From: Raillietiella orientalis
Taxonomy: Eukaryota
Assembly (NCBI GenBank): GCA_036172245.1
Contig: JAYWIR010000034.1
Coordinates: forward strand, 62,001 to 126,000
Direction: 5' to 3'
DNA: 64,000 nucleotides
The notes under the pieces were generated by a model. It searched no databases. It saw nothing but the letters and a program-made list of their open reading frames with translations, and was not told where the DNA came from. Numbering within the stretch: the first letter of the stretch is position 1; every line of letters starts with the position of its first letter. Shown piece by piece: positions 36,300 through 49,400 of this stretch. The translations under genes were made by a program, and so were the position numbers.

Positions 36300-39200
36300 T
36301 ACTCGATATAAAAAATGTTTTTGGCAACAAATCCAAGGATGATAAACGTGAAAATGAATCCCTCAGTCTCTAGTGAAGATCCATAACTTTTGATGGTTAT
36401 TTCTGAGGAAATTTCAACTTGCATTCCAGTATTCTAAACACATCGTTTGATGAATTAAATTACCAGAAAACTAGCAAAGAATCTAAGTGCCAACTGAAGC
36501 TTCTTTAGAGACCTGATAATCGTTTTCTTCAGATAAAAGAGAGAACACGGCCAAATGTACCTACTAAATCATTTTGAATGATCACTAAACGTGACTTGAA
36601 ATCATGAGACAGTGAGCCAAACTACTGCCAACAGATTCCGCTACGGAAATAATAGAAAATTTATTCAAGAACAATTTAAAGACAAAATAATATTCAACTG
36701 AACATCGGTTCTTCATCGGTTCAGGTTACTTGACAACTTTGGAATTCAGTAAAAGAATGCTTGAGAACTATGATGCTGCTCTAAAGAGAGAAATTGTAGC
36801 ATCTCAATTACAGTTCCGCGATCCAATATGAGTCGGATGTGAGATCTTTATGACAGTTCTGATTCAAACAGTTCTCAAAGAGAGTTCGTTTCTTTGTCGA
36901 ATCGTTTTCTCAAGGAAAGAATAAACGGAAGTTCTTGATTTCTATTCACGCTGCTTAAGGGATGGAAAAGGCTAAATTCCAGACCTTCTAACGAGAAGCA
37001 ATGTGTTTGCCTCGCTATCCTTCGTCTAGAGGTTTCTTCATAATTTGCTCATCTTCAGATGTGGATCGAGACAGCTTACCAGATTTGCGAGCGGACCTAT
37101 TTAGGAAGCATGCCATTTCCAGACGCTAAAGTTGCTGAAAGATTCGGTTTTCTGGATTGTTCTCTTTTTATTTAGAAAACAAACCATCTGATGTTCATTT
37201 GCACACGAAAAATTTTTTTCGCTATCCTTGAAAATTCTTCCAAGTAAAATTTCGAAGATGCCTCCTTTTGAGCTTCTGTTTGATTTTCTTTCCTACTTTC
37301 TTTCTTTTTTCAATGTTCCATGTTTGTTGCATACATACATAGTGAAAAGCTATATAAGATTTTCTATATAAAATGTTTCGATCGTATGAAATGCCACCAC
37401 AATTGCTAATGAGAATTAGTGTTTGAGTGCTTCTTTTCTATTTGATCCTCTTTGGTTGACTACCTTTTTGCTTCTCCGATGAAGACGAAGGGTTACCTTT
37501 CAGAAAGTTTGCTGGATCCTCTCAAAAGTTTCTTTCCTTCCTCGATGTGTACATCCCTTGAAGGAAATCGGTCGTTTTTTTCGTTTTTTTGCTATCATTT
37601 TGATGGACTGCGGTCGACTTCTCCCTGATCGTTTTTTTTTCCTCATTTTATTCGTACCCTGTTCATTCATTTCTTGCTGGATTGCTTGAGTGCTCTCGTA
37701 CGGAACATCCGGATCACCTAGAGCTTGAAATAGGACACTGCCGGCATTTCAACGTCCTCTTTTTTTCGACACAACCACGTTTCGACTGTTTTATTTCCCT
37801 TTCCGACAGAGCGAGAGACGTAATCTCATGACCGACCGACGATCGCTCGCCTCAGTGGGCGTTGCTTGAAGTGGAAGAGCATCGAATGCTACGGGGAAAT
37901 CTTGTAGGGAAAGACTTCTTTGAAACCCTCCTTGGGGTGGGCAAATCAGCGTCAGCTCTGCAAGAAACATAAGGCACATCAGACGCTTCGAAAATCGAAA
38001 TGATTTTCGATTCACTGCTCCTGGGTTCAGTGAAACCAGAATCCACTCGGGTCTTTGAAGAAAATTCGCGGATTTGAGAAATTTCAGAAAACTTTTGGTC
38101 TTCCTCGGCTTACCCCATGACAAGTTATACGTCTGGCACGCGTACACTGATTTCTGTGGCGACAAAAATCTCTCTTTCCAAGTGCTGAGAAACTGCCGAA
38201 TTCGATCGCAACTCTGATGGCTGGTGATCACCTAGACGCGTGTGAATATCGGCCGTAGAAAAGTACATCACGGGTGCGAAAAATGGCAAGATGAATGGAC
38301 GACTGAAGCCTTTTTCTAGAAGTCATCTAATCAAGAACTTGAAAAACAAAACAAAGCAAAATTCAGAGAGACTGCATTAGATCTCTTTAGCTTCCGCATC
38401 TACGATATAGAACCCTATGCGGGAGTCCACTGAAATGATGTTTCTAGACGAAATGGCCATGTTTCGTTAAGAAATCGAAATAATGCAGTTCCCAGAGAGG
38501 ATGATTTTTTTCAATGAATATGTAAGACAGATTTTGGGGCAGAATATCGGTCATAGTGTACGCACAAGAGTAGACTACACGCCAACCTACAGCACACTGG
38601 ATAGCATGTGTTTGTGATAGTGACCTCCACTAGTAAGAAGTCGTCTCGGAGCATGTTATTAGGGTAGCACTCACCTTCACTTGAGCTCTTCATGAGAAAG
38701 AGAAGGAGCTTTGCAGAGAATGAATGTGCCAGGAAACTCCACTGCACTTTGAATTTTCAACCCACTGCCGACTTCATCCTCAAAATTTCGCTATGCAAAA
38801 AACGGTCCAAGAATACTTTTTTCATCCTTTTGCCGTTCTGCAAATTCCGTTGAAGTCCTCTACCTGATGCTTGTAACAGGGAACATGCTAAAAAGTGATT
38901 TCTTTCTTTCTTCATTTTGGATTTGGATCTGGCAGCTTGCGCAAAGCATTTAATTCGTTGCACGTTTCTATTCTGGTGTATACATGCAGGAACGACGATT
39001 CAGTGCTGTAAAGAAACTGAAGTACTATGTGATGTCTTCTTGGAATTATTAGCAATGCTAAACGTGCAACACGCAGATGCATAGATATGAAGGCATGCGG
39101 GCTGACGTAAGTGGGCTCGTTGTAGATTGCATGACATTCTTATAGACTTTCGTCAAATTAGTTGTAATCATTAGTTAAGTATCTCATAGAGCATCGGAAT

Positions 39201-40200
39201 ATCTTAACAATTAGTCAGAGTGCCTTGAAGAGTCGAAACACAGATACATGAAAACGAATGTGCGTGAAAAAATGTATATTCGTCATCAGAATGAGTAAAG
39301 TCGTGCCATATATGTGGGAAAAAATTTGCATACAAACATAACTGTTACTTGGTCTGTCGATCCGGTTTCAGCCTCAGCATTCGAACTCTGAAGTTTATTT
39401 TACAAGCTTCTTTTTTTTTTTTGTATCAATTTCTGGTCATTTGGTATACCACTTGTCTGCTTCTGACCCTACTGATGTGTTTCACTCCAATCCTTTCTGG
39501 CTTAGATATTTCCACCAACAAGTTTCTGCCTCTATGGTCTTTCTTTCATGACTAAGTACGGATATGAAGTCATGAATTCTCATCGAAATCAACAGTTCGC
39601 AGACGAGGTGTATTATGATAAACACCCGAGCACTGGGCAGTGCGTCGACTGTACTCTAAAATTCTGCACCCATGGAATCAGAAGGACAAAATTCTGTATC
39701 CTTGAGGAGCAAGTTGAAGTTCATGCAACGGGGCAACTGGAATGGTAGAAACTTCAAGCTGTCAAATAAATTCGACAGAGTTTTTTTTTTTTTTTTTCAG
39801 GCAGACTGATCCAAATAACAGCTTCTTAAGTGGGATTTCTTTGATAACAGGAAACAGAGATCCTTCTGCAGGGTTGGCAGTAGATGAGATTTGCGAGGTT
39901 TCGATCTCATTGGAATCTAGCAGCAGTAAAATCTGGGCCCGAGTACAGTGTAAAGTTTACCCCAGCGGATGAGTGTTATCGAAAAGTGGCCTGTTGAGCT
40001 CTCAAGACGTTCCATTCATTTTCAGTTCGGCGTTTGATTCGGTCCATCTGCGAGCCACTCTTTGTGGCTCACAAGATGAGGATCACAAAAGTATTGAAAC
40101 ATGGAAAAACAAGTGTATACTGCAAAAGAAGAGAGAAGGAACTCCAAAGAGTGGGGATTTGAAATTTAAATTTCCAATCAGCGTGCAAGGTGGATTGTTT
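36300..40200 (-). pseudogene. Near-full-length, heavily decayed L1-like element (ORF1 knuckle, APE, RT)
   Basis: In order on the minus strand: QCSG/CLS*..SANC knuckle (~39620), DDFLLVEVTITNTCYP (APE), GDHQ (SDH-like, ~38230), ILSLRKRFDK (SLD.KAFD-like, ~36910), LNKFSIIS. Confidence 0.4.
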
Positions 40201-40799
40201 TTCTTGTGACAAGTTTTTCCGTGTAGGGAGAATAAAAGAATTGTTACACCTTGGAATGTGACTTCGGGCTAATGCCGTATCTCTCTGTTCGCTTCATTAT
40301 CTATGCGGATCGCAGAATTCCCAAGTGCCTGAACGCACAATCAGAAACCGGAACCACTTAAACCTTTAGGTCACATGACCGTGGGTAAATCGTGACGGTC
40401 CGGGTGCCGGTCATAGAACATGGAACAGTGGGAAGAAGTTCTTCAAGAACCCCAGACATCTGGTTGTTGCGGTGATCGAATTCCAGTTTCCGTCAAAACT
40501 TGGAAGCACATATATATAGACACACATTATTAGATATACATATGTGAAAGGTCATTAATGACATAACCATTGTATTATTTTGAACTTCTCATCACTAAAC
40601 AAAAAAAAAATCAATTTTGCTATGATGTTTTTTAAAAAAATTTTTCACTCTCACTTATTTTGCCATCGACACTGCCATGCAATCCAAAATAAAATATCTC
40701 CATTGCTAGATAAAACCAACGCGAAGGTTTTTTTTTTTTCAAAAAAAACGACTATTTTGTTTCGTCAGCATAGCTAGAAGCAGAAGCTGCAATTTAGGA

Positions 40800-41400
40800 A
40801 TGGTTATGAAACCACTTGCGCAAAACACCGGCTTGCAGCACAAGACTCCCTTTTACTGCTGCAACTGAAGAGAGTTTCTCGTCACGGGCTCGGAAGTCTC
40901 TAATCAAAAATAAGGATTCTGCACCAGACCCCTGTTCTTGCTCTTCCGCCCTACACAGCAGCGTTAGAAAGCGCCACCTTTATCAGCATGATCCCAGTTA
41001 CGGCTTTCCAGCAGCGTATCTCAAATGTTACTGATGACCCTGTTTGGACCATTAATTCCTTAAGACTGGAATGGGCTGACCTTGCATAATGATATCAGAA
41101 TTATCATACATTTTCAAACAAAGATTAATGACATTGTATCCTTTGTTACTTGAATCGCCTCGGCAGCGCCATGGATTTGCGGTTTTTCGTGCGGTTGATC
41201 CGAATTCGAACAGAGATGCGTTACCAACCTCTCTCAAGCAAGAGCGCAGTCTTCTGCGGAGATGGTTAGACGCAAAAATTCATGCAACAATCCATGGCAT
41301 GTTGAGAGTTTCTTTTGTCAACATGAAAATAGTTGGAGAAACACCTGTCTTCGTGAGCTATTTCTGTCTTGAGCTTTAAGAGAAAGCAGAAAGGAATTTT
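40800..41400 (+). pseudogene. Decayed L1-like RT fragment
   Basis: HLYQHDPSYGFPAAYLKC and EWADL resemble RT 'L..+GFP..+.W' and YADD regions. Confidence 0.3.
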
Positions 41401-44400
41401 TTTCAAGAGATTCAGGATTTTCAAGGGCAGCAGTTTCTATTTCAATTTTTCAGCCCTAATGGAAAAATAAGATCAGATGCAGTGTAATCTTATTAACTCC
41501 ACTGATAAAATTTAATGTAGCGTCGAGATAGTGTTTTGGGAACAAAACAGGCATAATAAAACTATATAACACTAATTTCCAAAATTACTCAAGAGCACTA
41601 CATCGGTACCAGGAAACAGAGATGAAGTGAAAAGTATGAAATAATGCAGTATCTAAGTGAATAACACCTCTGATATCTCTTATCAAGAGTGGACCAAACA
41701 TTTGCGTTATTTGATAGTGAGGTAAGCTGATTTGGATGTTGCCAAATGCAATGAAAAAATTAAATTTATATTGAAAATGCAGCTTAAGTAAGGGCGAAAC
41801 AATTTCTAAAAAGGACGATTTACATGCTTTCTAAGCCGTGATTCCAGCAAGCGGAGAACTGCAGATGAAAAATGCTACTCTAAAAGTTTCAGCTGTTTTT
41901 TTTTTTATTTAGGCAAGTGCTCCGTATGTCTGCTGCTTAGTCCAAATCTGAGATTGTATGAAGTGTCCATGTTGCAATAGAATAGTGTTTCAGTCCTTTG
42001 CAACGATTGCATAATTTGTGTGATACTTCCCAGTACATTTGCAAATACTGTTTGCAAATATTGCCAAATTTTGAAAAAATCCATACAAGTTTGTGCAACA
42101 AATTGATTTAGTAAGTACAGTGATGAATCGCTTTCCGACTGGAGACTTAGAATAATGCTCAAGAGCAGCTATCATTTGATGGCAGTTTTCAAGATAAATG
42201 AACTATTATATTATAAATGAACGAATCTATGCCTTTTATTATATCATATGAGTTACTGGTTTCTAAGATTAGAGCAGTAACATGAACAAAATGTTACATC
42301 ATGAAAATACAAAATGAGGCACATATAGTGAAACACCAAAACAAAAATAAATATAAAGAATTTCGAATATCAAGATTGAAGGAAGGTTTAGATAAGGATA
42401 AGAAAATGCTATTATCAGCTACAAGCATAGAAAAACTGCTTAGAGACAAAAAATTCGTCTGTAAACAACGAAACAAAGTAAATGAGCCCCTTAACGACAT
42501 TAGCTCTTGGATTAAAGCCAAAGCAATAGTGCAATACAGGCTGATCTTAATTTGTTTCTAGTCTTTAGTTCCTTTTATTTCAAATGAAAATGCTGTTTTT
42601 GCTGTTTTGTTTTCCTGATTATTTTTCTATTATATTTCATTCATTTAAATGGATTATTTAAATCACCCGCAAAATCCAATATGTTAATTTGATTAGAACG
42701 GTATTCTACTACTACCAAGCACAAAATGAATAGAAGATTCAAGATACTTTGCTATCATGAAGAAGTTTGCCATTTGGATCTCGAGAACATATGCCTTCTC
42801 TGTGGACTGAAATCCGAATTAATCTTGAAACAAAAACCTGGAAAGCAATATTCACTTTTTAAATTACAAGTGGATGTTCCATTTTTTTTTTTTTACCGAG
42901 GCATGAAATCTGTGATAAAAACTGAAATTAGAGTGATCTACTATGAGGAATTGAATATTATGAATCCAAGAAAAGAAGTTCTTGTAAGTACTTCTGGGAG
43001 TCACTGGTAAGAGAAAATGTTTGAAAATTGCCGAAGCAATCTTAAACTAATAATAATACTACAATAGCTGTGAAAGAAATTCTAAGTAATGAAAATACAA
43101 AACTTTATGAAAATCCATCGCAGTCTCGAAATGCCTAAGTAATAAGAGCCTGTAACACTCATCGCGTGATTTTCACCAGCGCTTTGCTTACTTTTACGTA
43201 CGGTTTCGTTAAAAGCGATGATTATTATGATTATTATTAACAAAATTATCCACTTTAGAGGAATATCGGCTCTTCCCTTTTAACGAAGGAAGAACATTTC
43301 TATTCGTTACAGAAAAGGAAAGCAGAAATTTAGGGGGGGAAAGGTGTAATAAATCATTGCTGTAATTACATAAATTCTAAAAGAAGCTTTGTAATTCTCA
43401 ACTATTAAAAGTATAAATTTTGAATTCATGCTAAGATTTTATTAGTGATATCATTAACAGTTGAGTTCAATCATTCGTTCCTAGAGCATGCTATTATCGT
43501 CTCATACACGTTCATTTTCTAAATGAAAGTGAGGATAAAAAAATAGATCGAAATAATGTTTTCATTAACTTGGACAAAAACGCAAACATAGCTGATAATT
43601 CAGATTCATACATCTTCGTTGAAAGGAGCATTTATTAGCTGACAATCACTTAATGTAAAAACGCTAAGTCAATACCGATATTGAAAGAATCACACCTTTT
43701 TTTATTATAGAAAAAAATATTTCCACACTACAAAGAGGGTACTATTTTTGTGGATAAAGTGAAGTCTTGGCTTCACAAATCGCACTCCGCCTATTTAGTT
43801 TATGCTCAGTTGCTTTCAACAGTCCAGTTGGAGCAGAGATTTGGAAATCAGTAAAATTGAATTTTTGATGACTTTCGAGCATCGAGAATTATTAAATTAA
43901 TAAACTTTAAAACTGCTTTCGAATAGCGAAACACTAATTAAAAAATGCCATCAGATCATGAGGAAATGGTTTAATTATACCTCAAAAATGCAGTGTTTTT
44001 AATGCCTGAAAAGTTTTTGGAAGAAAATTCTATAGTTCTTTGAATCCCCATGATCCATGGGTTTGTTAGTAAAAAATCATGGGGGGAGCATCAGTATGAA
44101 AGCATTAAAACTGAAAACTGATGCAGTTTGCTACCCATTTATTGTTTCCTCATAGGAATTTCTTGAATATGCGATATATGAATATTTCATCGCATGAATA
44201 ACCGATGAGTTCAATTTCTTTCTGGATTCTCATGAGAAAATTCGGAAAAGAAAAGACTTGATTACCGACTCCACAAAAGTAAACTTATTTGTTTGCTTAT
44301 AAGCTACAGAAAAGCTTCGTATTGCCTTCAAGGGAACCTTAAAAATCATGTACTGCATTGAAGGAATAAGTCCTTAATTATAGAAAAACAAAAATGAAGA

Positions 44401-46431
44401 CAATAAATACGAAAAGCATAGGAACGTAGAAACAAATCGAGAGAAGGTCCATGTATAATGGATCAGTGGATCTTGGAAGCAGACGTGATCCAATGAATAG
44501 TTTGTTTTGAATAAAACAATGTTTGCTACGAGAAATCGTCCTGAGACTTCACAGCAAAGTTATCAAATTATCTTCAAACTAGTTCATAATATATTCAAGA
44601 GAGGTTAAGAATGAATTTGTGAACAGTGCAAGACTTCAAAATTTTTAAAGAGTAACTACAATTTTAAAAAGACTATGTACCACATGAAATGGTAAGAACG
44701 CCTTTCAGTGCTATTTTTATTGCAATGAGAACCAGGTCTCAAGCCCTCGATTCAGGATTTTCCTAAAAGAAAACTAGTTCCAAGGGTTTGTTCTTCCAGT
44801 TCTAGAAGGCAGAACATCCAAATTTAGGTTATTTCAACATTCCTTATAATCAACGTACTTTGACTGAATTGAAAGAACTAAGGATTCCTTGCTACACTTT
44901 TCGTGAGAAGATGTCTTTGTTACAGTCTTCCTCTTTCACTTATTCTTCACATAAACCTGATAGTTACCATATTTTTTCTCTCTCTGTTGTTTACAATGAA
45001 ATTTCAACATATGGGAGTTCTTATTGTTTTAAGTATAAATATATATTGAAATATAAATAAATCGAGTTAATCATATTTGTGTTTTAAAGAACAGTTTGTG
45101 TTAACTTGTCAATAATAACTTGGGAGATGTTCCAAAATAAGTAATATCTTGAATGTAGGAAGAAATCAGAAAAACTAATCTCTACTGAAATTTGGAAACT
45201 AGTCTTGACCCACCAGCATGTTCTATTGCTAAACGAAGCACTGGATTTTTTATTCTGGACATGCTATTAGTCTATGAACCAATCAGTCCATGGGACTCTC
45301 TTGCCCTTCCCAAACTTTCATTCTTCATTTTTGAAACAGAAAATAAATTTACAGAAATTTCATGATAAATTTCCCTAATTATAACACATGAATAACGCTT
45401 AAGTTTGCATACCGCATGTTAAGGTGAAAACAAATATCATCATAGAAAAAATCAAAAGACTTATAGATCGTATGCTTATAGTCTTTATTCCTCATCAGGC
45501 GCAATTGTGATCGGATTATTTTGACTTTTAGCATAGCTCATTTTTTATACTGTGATTCCTTATATATTTCTGCAGCACTTCTCTTGCCGTATGCTCAAAT
45601 ACACGAAAATATGCTCTTAACTGTTTGGAATTTACAATATGCTCTGATTTTTACGTTATTGATACTTGCATGCACTGAAGCTATAATAGAAAGACGTCCA
45701 TATATATTTTCCACTCATGTGCTCATTTGATGTGTTATATGTAGTGCATGCTCCTAATGAATACTCTGAGACAAAATTAAGCAAAAGCATCATAAAAATC
45801 TAATTGCAATGCTGTCTTACTAATACGCAAAACTATTAATTGAATACTGAATTGCAGCTGAATCGTTATTCATTCCTAAAGTCCCTACTAAATTTATTGA
45901 CTGATTGCATTCTCTCTCTCTGTTCTAGTATAATTAAAAATGAATATGTTTAATTTACAGCGTTATTAAGAAGTATAAATACAACCTAAATTATATGAGA
46001 GCAATTTTTAAAACCTGGCAGGCATGTTTCATTAATCACGATGGAGCTGTTTTCATTTTCGTTAAGTATTGCAAACTGATTATGTTTGTAAATTTAAATA
46101 AAATTTCATTTATGATGATGTGGTCGTTCATTCCTGACGTTCCCACATTTGGTAAGTTAGTTTTGAAAATTTACTGGTTAAGAAAGAATTAAAAGTGACA
46201 TCCATTCAAAGCAGAATCTTATGGGAAGTTCACTAATTCTCATTGAAAGTTTCCCTAGTAATTGTGCAGAAATTGATCTTACATCGATTGTTTGCATATA
46301 TGTGCCCCTATTTGCAGATAAACTTTACTAAACAAAATAAAATAAAACAAAATGTAACACGATGAAATAGGTTTTGCTATGTTAAGCATTGTTATAATGC
46401 TCATCAAGTTGGTGTCACTGCTAAGTGAATA

Positions 46432-49400
46432 ATGAAAGCTGCTGCACAATTTTTGCAGTATGTATATTTAATTTCTTTGTTTCTTTTTATTGGATAATGC
46501 ATTGCTAGTTTTGCCTACTGTTTTAAAATTTTTTAATGAATACATAGACCATAATTTCAGACAAGCTGAAATTCTCAAAAATAAATTAAGTTGTTCCAAG
46601 GATATTTACAGTGATCATGAAACATGGGTCTGTCATCAAGATCTTCAGGTATTTCACATTTATGATTTTCAAATTCAGCATTATCCTTTCTTGAGATGTT
46701 TGCAATACCAATCCATGCTATTCAGGATCTCAGATTTTTGTAAAAATTCGTTAATATTTCGTTTTTGTTAAGATTTTTGTATTATTGAGTCTATCAAAAT
46801 CTGCTTAAATTGCGCACTCATTTGAGTAGGAATTGTGCTATGTATCCATTCTAATTTTATCATGCATCTGTGTTCATTAAAGGGCATTTAGAGAAATTGT
46901 GATGTTTTTTTTCATGTAGAATAATTCATTTTCTTAGATTGCAATTTACTTTATAACTATTCTGATGGGTGAATCAATTAAATATGAGAATGTATATATT
47001 TGTACTTTCCATCATACAAGTACATTTGGCAAACGTAATTGTTGATAAAAGCAAATTAACCATCTGACCAGTAACCCTGAAGCATAAAATTATTTATCAG
47101 TTTTTGTTATCAGTTAAAATTGCATGCATTTTTAAAATCTCAACTGAATGTTAAAACTTTATTTACTAAACGTTGAAGTTTTATGAAACATTTCAAATTT
47201 CTGCATTTGTTCGTCTGTCTGTAATTTATTATTGTATTAATTTATATGCATACATAACTGCTTTATTTATGAAATATGGATTTTTTGTATAGGATTTGTA
47301 TTGGCAGATTTTGTTGATGGATTTGGAGCATGCACTGGATAAGAAGATTGAGCAAGATCTGTGGAACTTTATATTTAAAAATCAAATAACTGTTTTACAG
47401 CATCAGACAAAAGAAAGGAAGGTGTGTTTTCGATACTTAAGGAATTTGAGAATGCTATTGAATTTTTGACTGACTTTTCTTTGCAAACTCTTGTTAAAAG
47501 TAAACACATTTTGAAGAATATTTATGATTGTGCCTGTTTTTCCAAGATTAGGATTCGAAGTCATTCTTTTTGGACATTAAGATATTGATGTTAGTTCTAT
47601 ACTTTAATGTTGATGTTAGGATAATATTCAGAAGTTTTGAATTATTGTTTGTTCACGTCTTGGATCATAAATGCAAAGATTTGAGAAAGTGCTCGTTTTT
47701 CTTTCATACTGTTTTGAGGATCAGTTGTTTTAGACAATTAGTTTTAGGTACAATAATTGTTATGTATTTGCTCATTTCAAAAGATCTATTTTTAAGTTGT
47801 GTTTTCTTTATATTCTGGTATCTGTTAATGTGGGAGCTTCTTTAGGCACATTCTGTAGTTTAATGTCTTTTCATGAAATTCTAAGATATGTATATAATTA
47901 ATGGCTAAACGTTTCAAAGTGATTAATTTTCAAGACTGCTTGGTTCAATTTTCATCATGTTTTATGCTTCTAATATCAATTGCAAAATTTCAGTGCTCTT
48001 AGAAGTATTCTTAGTATGCTGTTGTGACATTACACATTCAAACATCCATGTTTTATTTGAGAATGCTTTGGTTTCTGTTTTCATAATTTTGTAACAGTCT
48101 GTCCAGTTTTTTCTATTGCTGTTGTGGATTCTTAATTTATTGGGAATTAATTTTACAAAACTGGACAACAAACTCCTTCACTGTTGAGTTACAATTTGAT
48201 AATCTTTCTCATTTGTCAAATGAAAAAGACAAATCCGGAATGAATTTACTATGTTGGTTTTTGTTCCTTTTCACATTGGTCTGTTTCAGCATTGCTGCAA
48301 AACAGCTAAAAAAGTTTTTTCTTTCAAATGTATCACATCACAAGTTTGTTTTGTTGATTTTTTATTTTTTCTCATAAAATTAGGAGTTTTTAGATTGGTG
48401 TTTGAGAGTGTTTTGTATGGTTTTGCATGCTTGTAAGCATGAAATTATACTTTTGGCAGACTGGATATTCAAAAAAGGCTTTTTGGTACATTTTCAGGGT
48501 TTAGCTTTTAGTAATGAATGGTCGTTCTTTTTACTGTTGGTGTGGTGTTTTACTAATTCTTCAGTTAATCCTTCCCTATTCACATAAAACTTATGCAAGT
48601 CAAAAAATTTTCGAGTATTTCTTTTGTAATGGTAGTTAAAAATGAAATTCACTGAAATCTACTGAAGTTTGATGTTCCTTTTAAACCTTTTGGAAAATTA
48701 TCTATTAAAGTTTTGTAACTAATTTTTCTTCATGTTTGTATTTGAATTTTTTTTAAAATGACATTCCAGAAAATTGAGTGTTTACGATGAATTTATACTT
48801 TAAATAGCAATAATAAAAGGGTTAATAGAGGGTTAATCTCATAAAACTGAGACCAGAATTTGCATTATTTCTTTATTTTGGAACTTTATTTTACTATCTC
48901 ATTTTCTTAGGGCAAGGAATCTTGAAACCTTGAAATTTTAAGCTCATCCCCCCCCCCCCTCCCATACCTTTTGCCCTTTTATGATTTTTACTGATATCTC
49001 TGACAGATTAAGATAGTGTTTATAAAATACACATATTTTTTGCTAAGTATGAGATATTTTGTATTTTTTTGTTTTGAATTTTTTTTGTTTTTGATGAAGC
49101 TTTATTTTGAACTTTGCATTTTGTACTCATATCATCAAGAAGTTTTTTTCTTTTTTCGTTTTTTTTTTTTTCAAATTGGTTTTTGCAAAGATGCTTTTTT
49201 TTTGACCAAACGATAATGATAACTTAATGTAGTTTCTTACAGTTTTTACATATATTTTGTTCTTTTGCATAATTTGTTGATAAAAGAGAAAAAAACTTTG
49301 TCAAGTGTCCCTTGTCATGCTTTTGGTGCCGAAATTTGTGTTGTAATGTTTGAATAATATAAATTTTCAATCATTTTGTCATGTTTTTTCGTAATGTCTC

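Noticed and set aside
40855..40925. CTGAAGA-GAGT..GCTC-GGAA hammerhead-like pattern
   Set aside because: GGAA replaces the invariant GAAA and stems I and III do not pair properly.
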